The translations under genes and the position numbers were made by a program. A DNA stretch of 64,000 bases from Eledone cirrhosa (taxonomy: Eukaryota): assembly GCA_964016885.1 (NCBI GenBank), contig OZ024751.1, forward strand, positions 29,326,001 through 29,390,000, written 5' to 3'. Below the pieces are notes generated by a model. The model saw only the letters and a list, made by a program, of their open reading frames with translations, had not been told where the DNA came from and ran no database searches. This document shows, one piece after another, positions 13,798 through 26,630 of this stretch; the stretch's first letter is position 1, and every line of letters begins with the position of its first letter.

Positions 13798-14240
13798 GGT
13801 CGTTGGATTGGCAGTATCGGTAGAGGGTTGGACGCCATGCTTTGCAGCATAGAGTTATGGCCCTTTATGATCTGAGTTCAAATCCCGCCGAGGTTAATTT
13901 TGCCTTTCATCCTTACGGGGTCGATAAAATAAAGTACCAGTCATGCACTGGTGTTGATTTAACCCTTTAGCATTCACATTACTCTATATATACTATTATA
14001 TTTTCCTGCTAAAGGCTTTACCTCACATAATATCTCACATAATATCGAATCTATGAGATTTTGAAAGTATTTACTTTGATAACAATACCTTAACATCAGT
14101 TTGAGTAACCAGTTACAGCCAGTTTCAACAGAAAGAGGTAGAGAATTCTGGCCAGTTTGAACATTAAGGGGTTAATCGACACCCCCCCCCCAAAAAAAAA
14201 AAAATTTCTGGCTTTGTGCCTATATAAGAAACCATTATTA
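13798..14240 (+). mobile_element. SINE family A, long-tail form, interrupted by a piggyBac-like MITE
   Basis: A-box tggcagtatcggt, B-box gagttcaaatcc, core gccgaggttaattttgcctttcatccttacggggtcgataaaataaagtaccag; split at gatTTAAtcgac. Confidence 0.9.
13963..14171. mobile_element. piggyBac-like MITE nested in a SINE
   Basis: TTAA|ccctttagcatt...acattaagggg|TTAA; the TTAA of the host SINE is duplicated. Confidence 0.85.
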
Positions 14241-14310
14241 TTAGTACCAGTAATGTACTGGGTAATTGCTGGCCTTGTGCCAAAAGTAGAAACAATTATT
14301 ATTATTTGAA

Positions 14311-14510
14311 GTGGCGGTGGATTGGCAGTATCAGTAGAGGGTCGAACACCACGTTTTGCAGCATAGAGTTATGCCTCTTTACGGTCTGAGTTCAAATCCT
14401 GCCAAGGTTAACTTTGACTTTCATCCTTACGGGGCCGATAGAATAAAGTACCAGTAATGCACTGGGATAATTGCTAGCGTTGTGCCAAATGTAGAAACAA
14501 TTATTATTAT
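14311..14510 (+). mobile_element. SINE family A, full length
   Basis: A and B boxes, core, tail gtgccaaatgtagaaacaa(tta)n. Confidence 0.9.
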
Positions 14511-15119
14511 TTGAAGTAATGTATGTAGAGATGTGCACCTCACATCCCTGGCCCGTCTCCCTGGGCTGTCTAAAAGATTAGGGGCGCCAAATAATTCCAC
14601 ACCTGGTTTGTGATGACCCCAAACTTGCTAGCAAGGAAAGTGAATCTTTAATGACAATGATGATGGTGACGGTAGTGATGATGATGACGGTGATGATGAT
14701 GATGATGTGGTGATGATGCTGATGGTGAAGGTAGCGATGATGATGATGATGTGGTGGTGATGTTGATGGTGAATGTGGTGATGATGATGATGATGATGAT
14801 GTGGTGGTGATGTTGATTATGATGATGGTAACAAAACAAAAAGATAAATAGAATGAGTGTTTTGGAATATTATTGGTAACATGTCATGAACACATTACCC
14901 CCAGGCTGCTTAAGGATGGACACCATTCTATTCCTCTTTCTCTGCCTAGAACAACAATCTGGGTCATTCTGACAATATATTAAAATGCAGTACCTGAACT
15001 GATCTTCTCCTTGTTTTACCCTTTAACAAACATCCTGGTTACTCAACATGTTTATTACATATACTCAATAGCCAACCTTATCATACAGTAAAAGTTTTTT
15101 GCAGAAAAAAAAAAATAAT

Positions 15120-15300
15120 AGTAATGGTTTCTGGTTTAGGCTCAAGGCCAACAATGTTGGAGGAAGGGAAAGTTGATTTAATCAACCTCAGTGTATTACT
15201 GGTACTTTATTTTATTGACCTTGTAAGGATGAAAAGTATAGCTAACCCTGGAGGGATTTGAAGTTAGAACATAAGGGATGTAACAAAATGTTGCGAAATG
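15120..15300 (-). mobile_element. SINE family A, decayed
   Basis: Reverse match to the tail and core. Confidence 0.75.
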
Positions 15301-15461
15301 TGGTTGGCATTTGGAAGGGCATCCAGCCATAGAAATCTAGCCAGAAACAGTTCTATATGAGCAAGACATGGTCACCTGACCCAACTTGCCACTAATGGGA
15401 CAACTTGTCTAACCTCTGCTATCGTGGAAAATGGACATTAAACAATGATGATGATGATGAT
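15300..15461 (+). mobile_element. RTE family 1-type tail fragment
   Basis: ggaagggcatccagccatagaaa...gagcaagac...ggaaaatggacattaaacaa(tga)n. Confidence 0.8.
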
Positions 15462-16744
15462 ATTTATATAAGATCCTTCCATCTCAATTTTATGCAAACA
15501 CTTTTGTTATGTTTCAAACACCAGCTTGATAATGAGGAAGTTTGTTATATTACTAAATCCTTCCAAATTTATCATTATTTTGAAAATGATTTGAAAATCT
15601 TAGACAGTGCTTTACATTAGAATATGGTAATGAAATCGTTAAAATATTTATATTAATCTAAAAACGTTCCAACATAATTCTATGTAAGAACTTTTCTTAT
15701 ATTATGTTCCACCAGTCTAATATTGAGAAAGTTATATTACTAAATTCCTCCAAATTTTCAATTATTTAAAAAATGATTTGAAAACCATACATAGAGTCTC
15801 TCAATTGAAATATGGTATTGATAGTGTTACTAAGTCTTTGAGAATATAGGTGCAAATTGCTCACAAAAAAAACACATTTCTTAAATAATCTCCAAGTACA
15901 ACTATAATATAATTGTCCTTCAGTGATTTAATCATGATTCCAAATCTACATGTCTGCGAAACAAATATGTTATTTCTTGTTTCAGCAATTTTTACTTAAT
16001 CGTAGACTATTCCAAATAAAACAAAAAATGGTAACCCAAATTCTAAGTTATTTTGTTCCATATATTTATAAGAACATTCAATCTTATATATGCCTATATA
16101 CACACATAACCATACATATACACACATATACATACACACACGTATATATATGTGTGTGTGTGTGTTCCAAAGAGGTTGTTTTGGTAAAAACAGGAGCAAG
16201 TATATATATATATTAGGTTTTTGGAAGCATTTTATCTCAAGTATATATTATTAGACAAGAAAATTACTTATTTTATTTTACAACTTTATGAAATTTCAAT
16301 GCTATCAGTAAAATACCAATCTGTATATAACAGCCGATTTTACTGTATTGGAATATAATTTTATTCCATTAGACTTTACCAATTTTGTTAACTGATTTTT
16401 CTGGTGTGTGTGTTGGGGGTTAAGGTGGTGTATCCCTCAGTTTTTTTCCAATTTGCATTACACTTGCAATTTTAAGTAAAATTATAAAAAGAAAAATGTT
16501 TCTTTTTTAAAATAAACGGATATTTTAGTTGAATTAAAGTTTAAAAGTTTAAAATCTATTTTTATTATTTTTTGGATCTAAGGAAATGTTATATTTTTCT
16601 ACATAGATTTTTAAATGTCTGCTCCAAAATTGTTTATATTATCATCAGCATGATATGGTTTTGTTTCATCTTATTTCTATTTTATTTTGTTTTTATTTTG
16701 TTCATCACCATCATCGTCAACATTGACATCATTATTATTATTGA

Positions 16745-16942
16745 GGATGGTGGTTTGGCAGTATTGGTAGAGCGTCAGACACTGTCCTTTTCAGCATAGA
16801 GTTATGGCCCTTTACGTTCTGAGTTCTAATCCTGCCGAGGTTAACTTTGCCTTTCATCCTTACGGGGTCGATAAAATTAAGTACCAGTAATGCACTGGGG
16901 GTATTTGCTGGCCTTGTACCAATAGTAGAAATAATTATTATT
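16745..16942 (+). mobile_element. SINE family A, full length
   Basis: A and B boxes, core and tail as in other copies. Confidence 0.9.
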
Positions 16943-17395
16943 AGTAGTATTCCATTGAGAATGGAGTTTCAAATCAATTTCTTTTGGACATCTGCATAAA
17001 AAAGGAAAATGAAAAAGACGATGATGATGATGATGATGATGATGATGACGATGATGATGACATCGATAATGACGATGATGGTGACATCATCAACAACAAT
17101 AACAATAAAAGACAGCCAAAGAGCAACTCAATGTTCTCATTACCAGAACAGATTTCTATTACATTATTCTTTGAAAATTGAATCTCAAGAAAAACCTCAT
17201 ATTCTTTACCGGAACCACGAAATTATTATTGATGATGGCATGGAATATTCTGGTTAATTGGCTTTTACATCCATTGATTTCTGTTATGAATATTGGAATG
17301 GTGAATCAAGACATGAAGAAGACGAAATATAAACAACAACAAAATATAAACAAATATATATATAAACAAATATATAATAATAAGGATTGACGGAC

Positions 17396-17448
<53 letters not shown>

Positions 17449-17560
17449 TAGATATGTATATACATGTGTATAATACGTATATAATATGTATATGTATATT
17501 ATGTATATGTATATATATATATATAATGGAAATGACTATACACACATACATATAAAATGG

Positions 17561-17687
<127 letters not shown>

Positions 17688-17952
17688 ATGTATATACATA
17701 TGTGTATAATACGTATATAATACGTATATGTATATATATGTATATTATATATGTATATGTATGTATGTGTATATATATATATGTATATATGTATATATTA
17801 TATGTATATGTATATGTATGTATATATTATATGTATATGTGTATATATTATATGTATACGTGTATATATGTATATGTGTATATATTATATGCATATGTGT
17901 ATATTTTATATGTATATGTATATTTATATTTGTGTGTGTGTGTATCTATGTA

Positions 17953-18011
<59 letters not shown>

Positions 18012-18028
18012 ATATATATAGATATATA

Positions 18029-18063
<35 letters not shown>

Positions 18064-18567
18064 TAAAAAAATATAGATTACATTTTTTTTAAAGCAAGGA
18101 TGGCAGTAGAATTCTTTAGGTTTATTTTCCATTTTTTTTTTCATCTTTCTTTTTTTTCTTTCTTGTAGCTAATTCTACAGATTGTAGTGTTAAGAATAAT
18201 TATTAATAACTTGTTGTTGTTATTTCTTTTTTGTGCATCCCTTTTCAGAACTAAGAAAAACATTATGTAAATGGAACTTTCAATATTTTATTCGGATATT
18301 TATATTTACCATTTATCGTCGCTATTATTTTTGCTCTGCTTTGCTTTTACAAGACTTGTTTTCTCCCTCAGTTTCTTTCATGGCACCATCTACCATTGTC
18401 TAATAGAATGATTCTATTTTTTCGGGGGGAGGGGGTCTTTCGTTCCATTTTTCTTCTTCTTCTTCTCATAACATTCGCTTTTCTTTTACCTTTTTATTCA
18501 TTAAAAAAAAAAAAAATCTGACATTTTCTGGAAAAATCTTCCTGGTAAACTTAAAACTAAAATTTGC

Positions 18568-18672
18568 TCTTCTTCTTCTTCTTCTTCTTCTTCTTCTTCT
18601 TCTTCTTCTTCTTCTTCTTCTTCTTCTTCTTCTTCTTCTTCTTCTTCTTCTTCTTCTTCTTCTTCTTCTTCT
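18568..18672. repeat. perfect (CTT)n microsatellite
   Basis: Uninterrupted ctt run of about 100 bp; explains the poly-R and poly-K ORFs. Confidence 0.97.
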
Positions 18673-19230
18673 CCACCACCACCACAACTCTTATTCCACC
18701 AACAACTCTACATATATTCCTATTAAAGAGAAACACATAACAACAAATATCCATACTGTATCTCTCATTCATAAACTTTCCATCTATCTGAAATTATAGA
18801 AATTCATAGGAATTAATTTTGGTTCTCTGATAATTCAACACATTTTAGTTGCTCTCCTCCCCCCTCTCGCCCCTCCATGTCGCCCTTTCTACCCCTCCGT
18901 CTCCCCCTCTCTCTCTATATATATATATACTCACACACGCAGATGTATTTCATTCACTTTTCTCTCTCTTATTATATATCAGACATCTTTTGTCTTATTG
19001 TTGCATTTTTTGTTTACATTTCATTCACATGATATATATTGTTGTTGTGTGTGTGTGTATATATATATATCAGTGTGTGTGTGTGTGTTTGTATGTGTGT
19101 GTATATGTGTATCTGTACATGCATAGATAGATATAGATATACACATGTGTGTATACATATATCTATTTATACATACAAGATAAATATATATATATATATA
19201 TATTCCCATGCTAGCATCGAAGGTGGACGT

Positions 19231-19275
<45 letters not shown>

Positions 19276-19399
19276 TTGTCCTCGTCTTAGTTTTCACCAC
19301 TGCCATCATCATCATCACTATCTTCAACGTAGTTACCACAGCCATCAATATCTGCATCATAGTCGCTACCTTCACCAAACCATCAACATCACCACCTTC

Positions 19400-19985
19400 A
19401 GCAAACACCACTCACAACACCACCACCACTCATCACACCACCACTCATGTCACCACCACCACTCATCACACCACCACCACTCATCACACCACCACCACCA
19501 CTCATCACACCACCACTCATGTCACCACCACTCACAACACCACCACTCATGTCACCACCACCACCACTCACAACACCACCACTCATGTCACCACCACTCA
19601 CAACACCACCACCACCACCACCACTCACAACACCACCACTCATGTCACCACCATTCACAACACCACCACCACCACTCACAACACCACCACAATCACTACC
19701 ACCACTCACACCACCACCATCAACACCACCACCACCACCACCACTCACAACACAACCACCATCACCACCACCACCACTCACACCACCACCATCACCACCA
19801 CCACCACCACCACCACCACTCACAACACCACCACCACCACCACCACTCACAACGCCACCACCGCCACCACTCACAACACAATCACCACCACCACCACCAC
19901 CACTCACACCACCACCATCACCACCACCACCACCACCACTCACAACGCCACCACCACCACCACTCACAACGCCACCACCGCCTCC
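19400..19985. repeat. compound (CAC)n repeat punctuated by ACTCAC/ACTCAT
   Basis: Recurring ccactcacaacaccacc units; open in several frames on both strands. Confidence 0.9.
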
Positions 19986-20111
19986 ATGTAAAAGAAGGAG
20001 AAATAAATCTTTTTTTTTCCTTTACTAACAGAAAAATAATAGAAATTATAAAAACTAAAAATTATATTTTCCTGTGTACAAGATGAAGAATAAAATAATA
20101 CTGAAAAATAA

Positions 20112-20162
<51 letters not shown>

Positions 20163-20179
20163 CATATATATATTTATAT

Positions 20180-20237
<58 letters not shown>

Positions 20238-20854
20238 ATAAAAAAAATAGGATTTATGCTCATCACCACCTTTAGCCTTATTGTATCTCATATATGTGTG
20301 TGTATGTGTATATATATATATATATATATATGTGTATATATATGTGTGTGTATGTATATATATGTGTGTGTGTGTGTATATATATATATATGTATATATA
20401 TGTGTGTATATATATATATATATATGTGTGTGTGTATATATATATATATATGTGTGTGTGTATATATATATGTATATATATGTGTGTGTATATATATATA
20501 TATATAAATATATATATATTTATGTGTATGTATATATATATCTATGTATATATATGTGTGTATATATGTATATATATGTGTGTGTATGTATGTATGTATA
20601 TATGTATATACATACATGTGTATGTGTGTTCCAGTCTGATTCGTTCTATAGCTTTAGGTTGTTTTTTCTCTTTCATTCTAAATGCAATTCTTTCATCTTT
20701 ATACCATTGTCTCTACATTTCACACACACACACATACATACACACACATACACACACACACATACACACACACACACACACACACGAGAAAGAACAGTAT
20801 AAACGGATGTTAAATAATGATGATGATACACTTATCTATCTATCTAACTACTTA

Positions 20855-20887
<33 letters not shown>

Positions 20888-21036
20888 CTACTTATCTCTC
20901 TCTCTCTATATATATATATTATATATTGAGGGCGGCCAACCGAACTAGAAACTGCTAAATCTTTGGCCGCCTTCTTATCTCTCTGCCTTCTCAGCCCCAT
21001 GGATTGTGTCTATTGTATTTCTTTGTTATATTTCGA

Positions 21037-21094
21037 ATACCTGATGATGTCACCGGATTCATACTGAACCCAGTCATTGAAATGTTCATAGTAT
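21037..21094 (+). ncRNA. type I hammerhead ribozyme, decayed, in a Penelope-like terminal fragment (about 20928-21290)
   Basis: atac-CTGATGA-long imperfect stem II-GAAA-tgttc-ATA-gtat, then AATAAA. Confidence 0.6.
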
Positions 21095-21302
21095 AATAAA
21101 CCTTTTAAGGATTTACACCAGTCCAGCCTCCTGTTATTTTGTAATAATTAACTCCGTACTCGCACCACCAACTACACAAACGAAGACGGGTGAGTTGCAT
21201 TACGTTGAGTGCTCTCCATAATATTACATCGAGGTTGACCATACGGAATGACCAGTTCTATCCAGTGGTGAACCAACAAACCTAAATAAATAAATATATA
21301 TA

Positions 21303-21509
21303 TATAAATAATTACAACTGTGACATGAACAGGAACTCAAGTGTTGTTGGGTTCTCGGCCCCAATTCATTCAGCCTGTCGTGAATTGGGGCCCAGAACCC
21401 GAGGAAATTTGAGTATCTGTTTATGTCACTTGTAATTATTTATACTAAACTCGTCCTATGGATTGAGTGCTCTTACTCTTGGATATTTCCACTTAAATTT
21501 TACTTCAGT
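21303..21509 (+). mobile_element. hairpin-plus-tail element, family D
   Basis: Imperfect fold-back 21303-21444 (tataaataattacaa/ttgtaattatttata, gtgacatgaacag/ctgtttatgtcac, ggccccaattca/tgaattggggcc) plus a 65-bp tail containing attgagtgctct; (TA)n on both sides. Confidence 0.7.
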
Positions 21510-21553
21510 ATATATATATATATAGGGAGAGAGAGATCCACATATATATCAAA

Positions 21554-21743
21554 GGGTGGTGGATTGGCAGTATCGGTAGAGGGTCGGACACCATACTTTG
21601 CAGCAGAGTTACGTCCCTTTACGGACTGAGTTCAAATCCCGCCGACGTTAACTTTGCCTTTCATCCTTATGAGGTCAATAAAATAAATTACAGTAATACA
21701 CTGGGATAATTGCTGGCCTTGTGCCAAAAGTAGAAACAATTAT
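21554..21743 (+). mobile_element. SINE family A, full length
   Basis: A and B boxes, core, tail. Confidence 0.9.
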
Positions 21744-22227
21744 ATATATATATGTATGTATATATATATTATATATATATCTGCATGTATATATATATAT
21801 ATATTTGGCATATACGTCCCCTCTTATTCTCTTCATATATAGATTATTCTTTCTGTTGAATAACTCTCTTTATTTTTTCATAACTTTGCTTACCTTTTTT
21901 TGTCATATCTATATCTCTCTCTCCCTCCCACAATCCCCCCTCTATCTCTCTCTCTCTCTCTCACAATCCCCCCTTTATCTCTCTCTCCCTCCCACAGTAT
22001 CCTCACTAGTTATCCTTTCTATTTTTTTGCTTTTTCTTTCATTCTCACTCTGCTTTGCTCTCCCTCTTTCATTTTCATTTACCTTTAAAAAATCCATTTT
22101 TTCTTCCCCAATCTGTTTCACATTCAGCGATTTTTTTTTTATAATTTCCTTCATATACATTACACACTCATACACATTATGTAGATATCATTATCCATGA
22201 CCCTTATGCGAGACAGCAAGCACAAGA

Positions 22228-22385
22228 GTGTGGGGTACAAAACCAACCCCTGTGACACACTAGGATGAAGAGCCCTTTAGAAAGTATGGGGTACAAAACT
22301 GAAGCCTTGTGACACACTAGGAAGAACCTTTTAAAGAATGTAGGTGACAAAATTAACCCCTGTGACACACTAGGAAAAACCCGAT
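22228..22385. repeat. tandem repeat of about 55 bp, 3 copies
   Basis: acaaaa...tgtgacacactagga occurs three times. Confidence 0.85.
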
Positions 22386-22496
22386 CAGTACACACCATGA
22401 TGGGGGAAATATGATTGTAAACTGTTGATTGAAGGGTTAAATGGTGATGGATGGAGCTTATAGTAGGATAATATTGCCATGATATTTGTTTCCCAG

Positions 22497-22671
22497 ACAC
22501 AGTCAGAAACATTGCTCATATTAAAAGCAATGGAGGTTATAGTTGGACAGACTTACCAAGAGATAGGTTTTCCAGACATGCTTGAAAGCCTTGCTGATAC
22601 TGAAAGCAAAAAGATTGTTTTCATAGCAGATTTCTCAAAATTAAGAGACCACTGGTGTGGGATATATCAAA
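22497..22671 (+). CDS. candidate internal coding exon of an unidentified gene (175 nt, phase 0 to 1)
   Basis: Acceptor tttgtttcccAG and consensus donor AA|GTAAGT. Only one frame is open: TQSETLLILKAMEVIVGQTYQEIGFPDMLESLADTESKKIVFIADFSKLRDHWCGIYQ. Non-repetitive; no homology recognised. Confidence 0.45.
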
Positions 22672-22729
22672 GTAAGTTTCCAATAGATTTGGTTCTATAA
22701 AACTGTCCCCCTGATCATGTACTTCATGG

Positions 22730-23050
22730 GAAGCTGCATGGCTTAATAGTTAGGGTGCTGGGCTGACAAACAAAGAGTCAGGACTTTAATTCCTGGACGA
22801 ATCAGCACATTGTGTCCTTCAGCAAGCCCCTTTATTCCAGGCTGCTCCTGTTCACACAGCTGGCAAAAATGAGTTGTACATGTAATTCAAAGGGGCCAGT
22901 TTTATCACCCACTGTGTCATGCTGAATCTCCTTGAGAATTACGTTAAAATTGAACGTTTCTATAGAATGCTCAGCCACTTGCATATTAATTTCATGAGCA
23001 GCCATTTCCATTGATTGAATCAACTGGAGCACCTGTTGTCAGAAATGACA
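22730..23050 (+). mobile_element. CORE-type tRNA SINE, body type 1 (also about 30212-30495 and 49680-49950)
   Basis: tggcttaatagttaggg head; ttgtgtccttcagcaag...cagctggcaaaaatgagt CORE-like block; body aagggccag...tgaatctccYtgagaa. Confidence 0.75.
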
Positions 23051-23949
23051 GAGGTCCAACAATGACAACATCTAGGCATTAAGAAGAGAAAGAGAGGGAG
23101 AAGGATTCAAGGTGTGGGAGAAGGCCACTGTTAATGGGCGTCTCTATCACTTTTGAGATATTGGAAGTAAGTGTGATGGAACAATAGTTTACAGGAAAAA
23201 GACATCTGCCTTTCCCGGGGAATGTGACACACTATTGTGTTTTTTTGAAACATCACAATATATAATAGTTACATGCTCAGTCAGAGAAAGGGAGGGAGGA
23301 AGGGAGGGAGCAATAGAGAGAGAGGTGGAGGAGCAAGACAGGTAGAGAAAGAGATACAGGGAAGGGGTAGAGAAAGAAAGAGGAGAGATAACGTGAGAGA
23401 AAGAGAGAAATGAAAAGAGAGGGAGAGTCGAAGAGAGAGAGGGAGAAAGAAAGAGGGAGGGAGATAGAAAAGGAGAGAGAGTAACATTAACACCTTGATA
23501 AATATCTATTGGGACATCCCATAAATAATGTGGGTTTTTTGTTAGACTTCTTTATTTTTAAAAATTAAGATAAACTGCACTTTTCAAAGCTTGCCCTAAG
23601 AAAAAGGACAAGGTGAATTTAATACCTGCTTTTATAGCAAGTTTATGCAGGTGTTTATTGCATGCAGTTGAAAAAAACTGCATTATTTATGGGATGGACC
23701 AATACAGCCTTTTTCTTTCTATAGAGAAGTTTTTACTCTTGTTTGTAAACTCCAACATGGTGCATTGTATCCCAGCATGTTATAAACTGCAATTGAAAGG
23801 GATGGATGAAAGAAGTGCATCCAGTATTAACACACTACCTAAAAAGAATTACCATCTGACTCATGCCACCATTGAAAATCAGATGGGAAAATGAGACTAT
23901 GTGTATATGTATGTATATATATATATATAGATATTAATTTAACAATGAA

Positions 23950-24131
23950 AATAATTGTTTCTACTTTTGGCACAAGGCCAACAATTACTCAGTACATTAC
24001 TGGTACTTTATTTTATTGATCCCGTAAGTATGAATGGCAAAGTTAACCTCAGCAGGATTTGAACTCAGACCATAAAGGGCCGTAACTCTTTGCTGCAAAG
24101 CATGACATCAGACCCTCTACCGATACTGCCC
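23950..24131 (-). mobile_element. SINE family A
   Basis: Reverse match, near full length. Confidence 0.9.
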
Positions 24132-24477
24132 AATGAAAATAATAACAAAGTCAAGTTATTTTACCTATTCATAACATTGTTTTACAATCGTTTCGGAGGG
24201 TTGATTCTATGGATTTCACTGGATTACTCGCTATTGGATTGCATTGAATTCCCTACCACGAAGGGTAGACCACATTGAATATATATACGTACAGAGAGAG
24301 GGAGAGAGAGAGTCTGTGATGCTGAGACCAAGGAGACCACAAACAAGCCGAAACTGCTTGGCACCACGGTCAGGATTTTACATCTCTCTCTCTCTCTCTC
24401 TCTCATGTGGCATGGGTAAGCAGTGGATCTCCAAAAAGGGATTATTATATTTAATCATATATATATATAATTAAGCA

Positions 24478-24753
24478 TGGAGCCATGTGGCCTAGTGGTA
24501 AGGGTGTTGAACTTACGATCATAATGTCGTGGGTTCGATTCCGGGGCTGCGTGTTGTGTTCTTGAGCAAAACACTTCATTTCACGTTGCTCCAGTGTACT
24601 CAGCTGAAAATGAGTACCAGCAATAGCTGGGGGTTTAACCCTGTGACAGACTGGTGTCATATCCAAGGAGGAGTCTTGTACTCTCAGTCACTTCATGCCA
24701 TGAAACCGGGATAAGCATCGGCCAAATGAGCCTTCTGGCTTAAGACAGACTTT
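24478..24753 (+). mobile_element. CORE-type tRNA SINE, body type 2
   Basis: A-box tggcctagtggt, B-box ggttcgattcc, CORE-like tgtgttcttgagcaaaacacttcatttcac...ctcagctgaaaatgagtacc, distinct 3' half. Confidence 0.85.
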
Positions 24754-25058
24754 AGATATATAATTAAATGGTATAGTCCCATCAAACAAGCTCTACATTG
24801 AGAGTATATACCTTTGAACTGTAGCTACTCTGCAACAGTACTACCCTGGTTTGTTGTCTTCCTGGTCCTTACACCGTAAACTATATATATATATATACAC
24901 ACACATATATATATAGAGAGAGAATAGAAAACAAAACATCAGTGATGCATCTGAACTCAATTTATTGTGTGTTACAATTGTTTCCCCAACGGACAGCTCG
25001 AGACACGGTCATCGTGTGGATCTGTCTGATTCTGGACCCGCAGGTCCGACGGACACAT

Positions 25059-25212
25059 CTAATGATTTCGGAGCATATTCTCTCAGTGAGAGAATATGCT
25101 CCGAAATCATTAGTCATGTCAAACATTTTCCTATTACCCACTCTACTACCCCAAGTATTGAGTACTCTGGTGCGTTATGGTCCATCTGGTTCCTTACCAC
25201 ACCTCCTTCGTT
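25059..25212 (+). mobile_element. family C tail attached to a different perfect palindrome
   Basis: 27-bp perfect arms at 25059-25085 and 25087-25113, then the family C tail (ttcctattacccactctactacc...ttccttaccac). Confidence 0.85.
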
Positions 25213-25347
25213 ATATATATATACATGCATACACATATATATATATATACACACATATATATATACATACATACACACATATATATATATATATACATAG
25301 ATGTTAGATTTTCTTTGTCATTTCACACACATTCATACACACCTCTA

Positions 25348-25387
<40 letters not shown>

Positions 25388-25648
25388 ATCATTGTTTGCT
25401 TATCTCTTTCTTTCTTCCTTTTTCTTCTTTGTTCATTTCCATTAACTCTCCCTCTCGCTCTCTCTCTTTCCCCCTTCTCTCTCTCTTTCCCCTCTCTCTC
25501 TCTCTCTCTCCCTCTCTCTCTCACACACTCATTTGTTTACTTATTTCTCCAATATGTCTTTTAAAAAGATTTCTACTCACTTCTCTTCTTATTTTCTCTA
25601 GTAAGGTCATCACTGTTACTTTTCGTCCGGGTTGAGCAATTCCTTCCT

Positions 25649-25679
<31 letters not shown>

Positions 25680-25779
25680 TCTTTTTTCTTTCTTCGTTCT
25701 TTTTTTCTTTCTTTTTCTTTCTTTCGTTCTTTCCTTTCATTCATTGAAAAATTTTGTCGGTGAACAAATTGATCGTCAC

Positions 25780-26593
25780 TTTTCTTTCCACGCCCCCCCC
25801 CCAATCTTCCTCCTACCACCTCCCCTTTCCACCACCGCATCTTCCTCCTCTTCCCGTCATCCCCCATCTTCTCCTCCTACACCCACCCCCTCCTACACAC
25901 CCACCCGCCACCTCATCCCACCACCACAACCACCATCACCCCCACCATCACCATCATCATCACCACCATCACCATCTCCTCCACCACCACCACCATTATC
26001 ACCACCACCACCATCACCTCCACCATCATCCCACCACCATCATCACCACCACCACAATCACCTCCACCACCATCACCACCATCCCACCACCACCATCATC
26101 ATCACAACCACCATCTCCTCCAGCACCATCCCCCCCACCACCGCCATCCCACCACCACCACCATCCCACCACCACCACCATCCCACCACCACCACCGTCA
26201 CCTCCATCATCACCACCACCATCATCACCACCACCATCCCATCACTGTCATCACCACCACCATCCCACCATCATCACCATCATCATCACCACCACCACCA
26301 CCATCCCACCACCATCACCACCATCACCACCACAACCACCACCACCATCATCATCACCACCATGTCCTCCACCACCATCCCACCATCACCACCACCACCA
26401 TCATCACCACCACCACCTCCCTCCCTCTTTGTCCATTGTCGTCGTCGCTCCACAAGCTAGCGCCACGTGTTATTTATTCAAGTTAAAATTCATTAACAGC
26501 TCAATGGCCGCCGATACAACAACCACAACAACAACCACCACCACAACAACCACCACAACAACAACCACCACAACAACAACCACAACAATGGCC

Positions 26594-26624
<31 letters not shown>

Positions 26625-26630
26625 CTACAA
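25780..26630. repeat. (CAC/CAT)n and (CAA)n low-complexity tract
   Basis: Degenerate triplet repeats; source of the Pro/His/Thr-rich ORFs. Confidence 0.9.

Noticed and set aside
19230-20028. Mucin-like, extensin-like or Gly-rich ORFs of 189-253 aa
   Set aside because: Triplet repeat open in several frames on both strands; the longest ORF begins inside a LINE tail and no splice context was seen.
24478-24550. tRNA gene-like A and B boxes (also 41369, 50705 and SINE-A heads)
   Set aside because: No complete cloverleaf; the boxes continue into SINE bodies.
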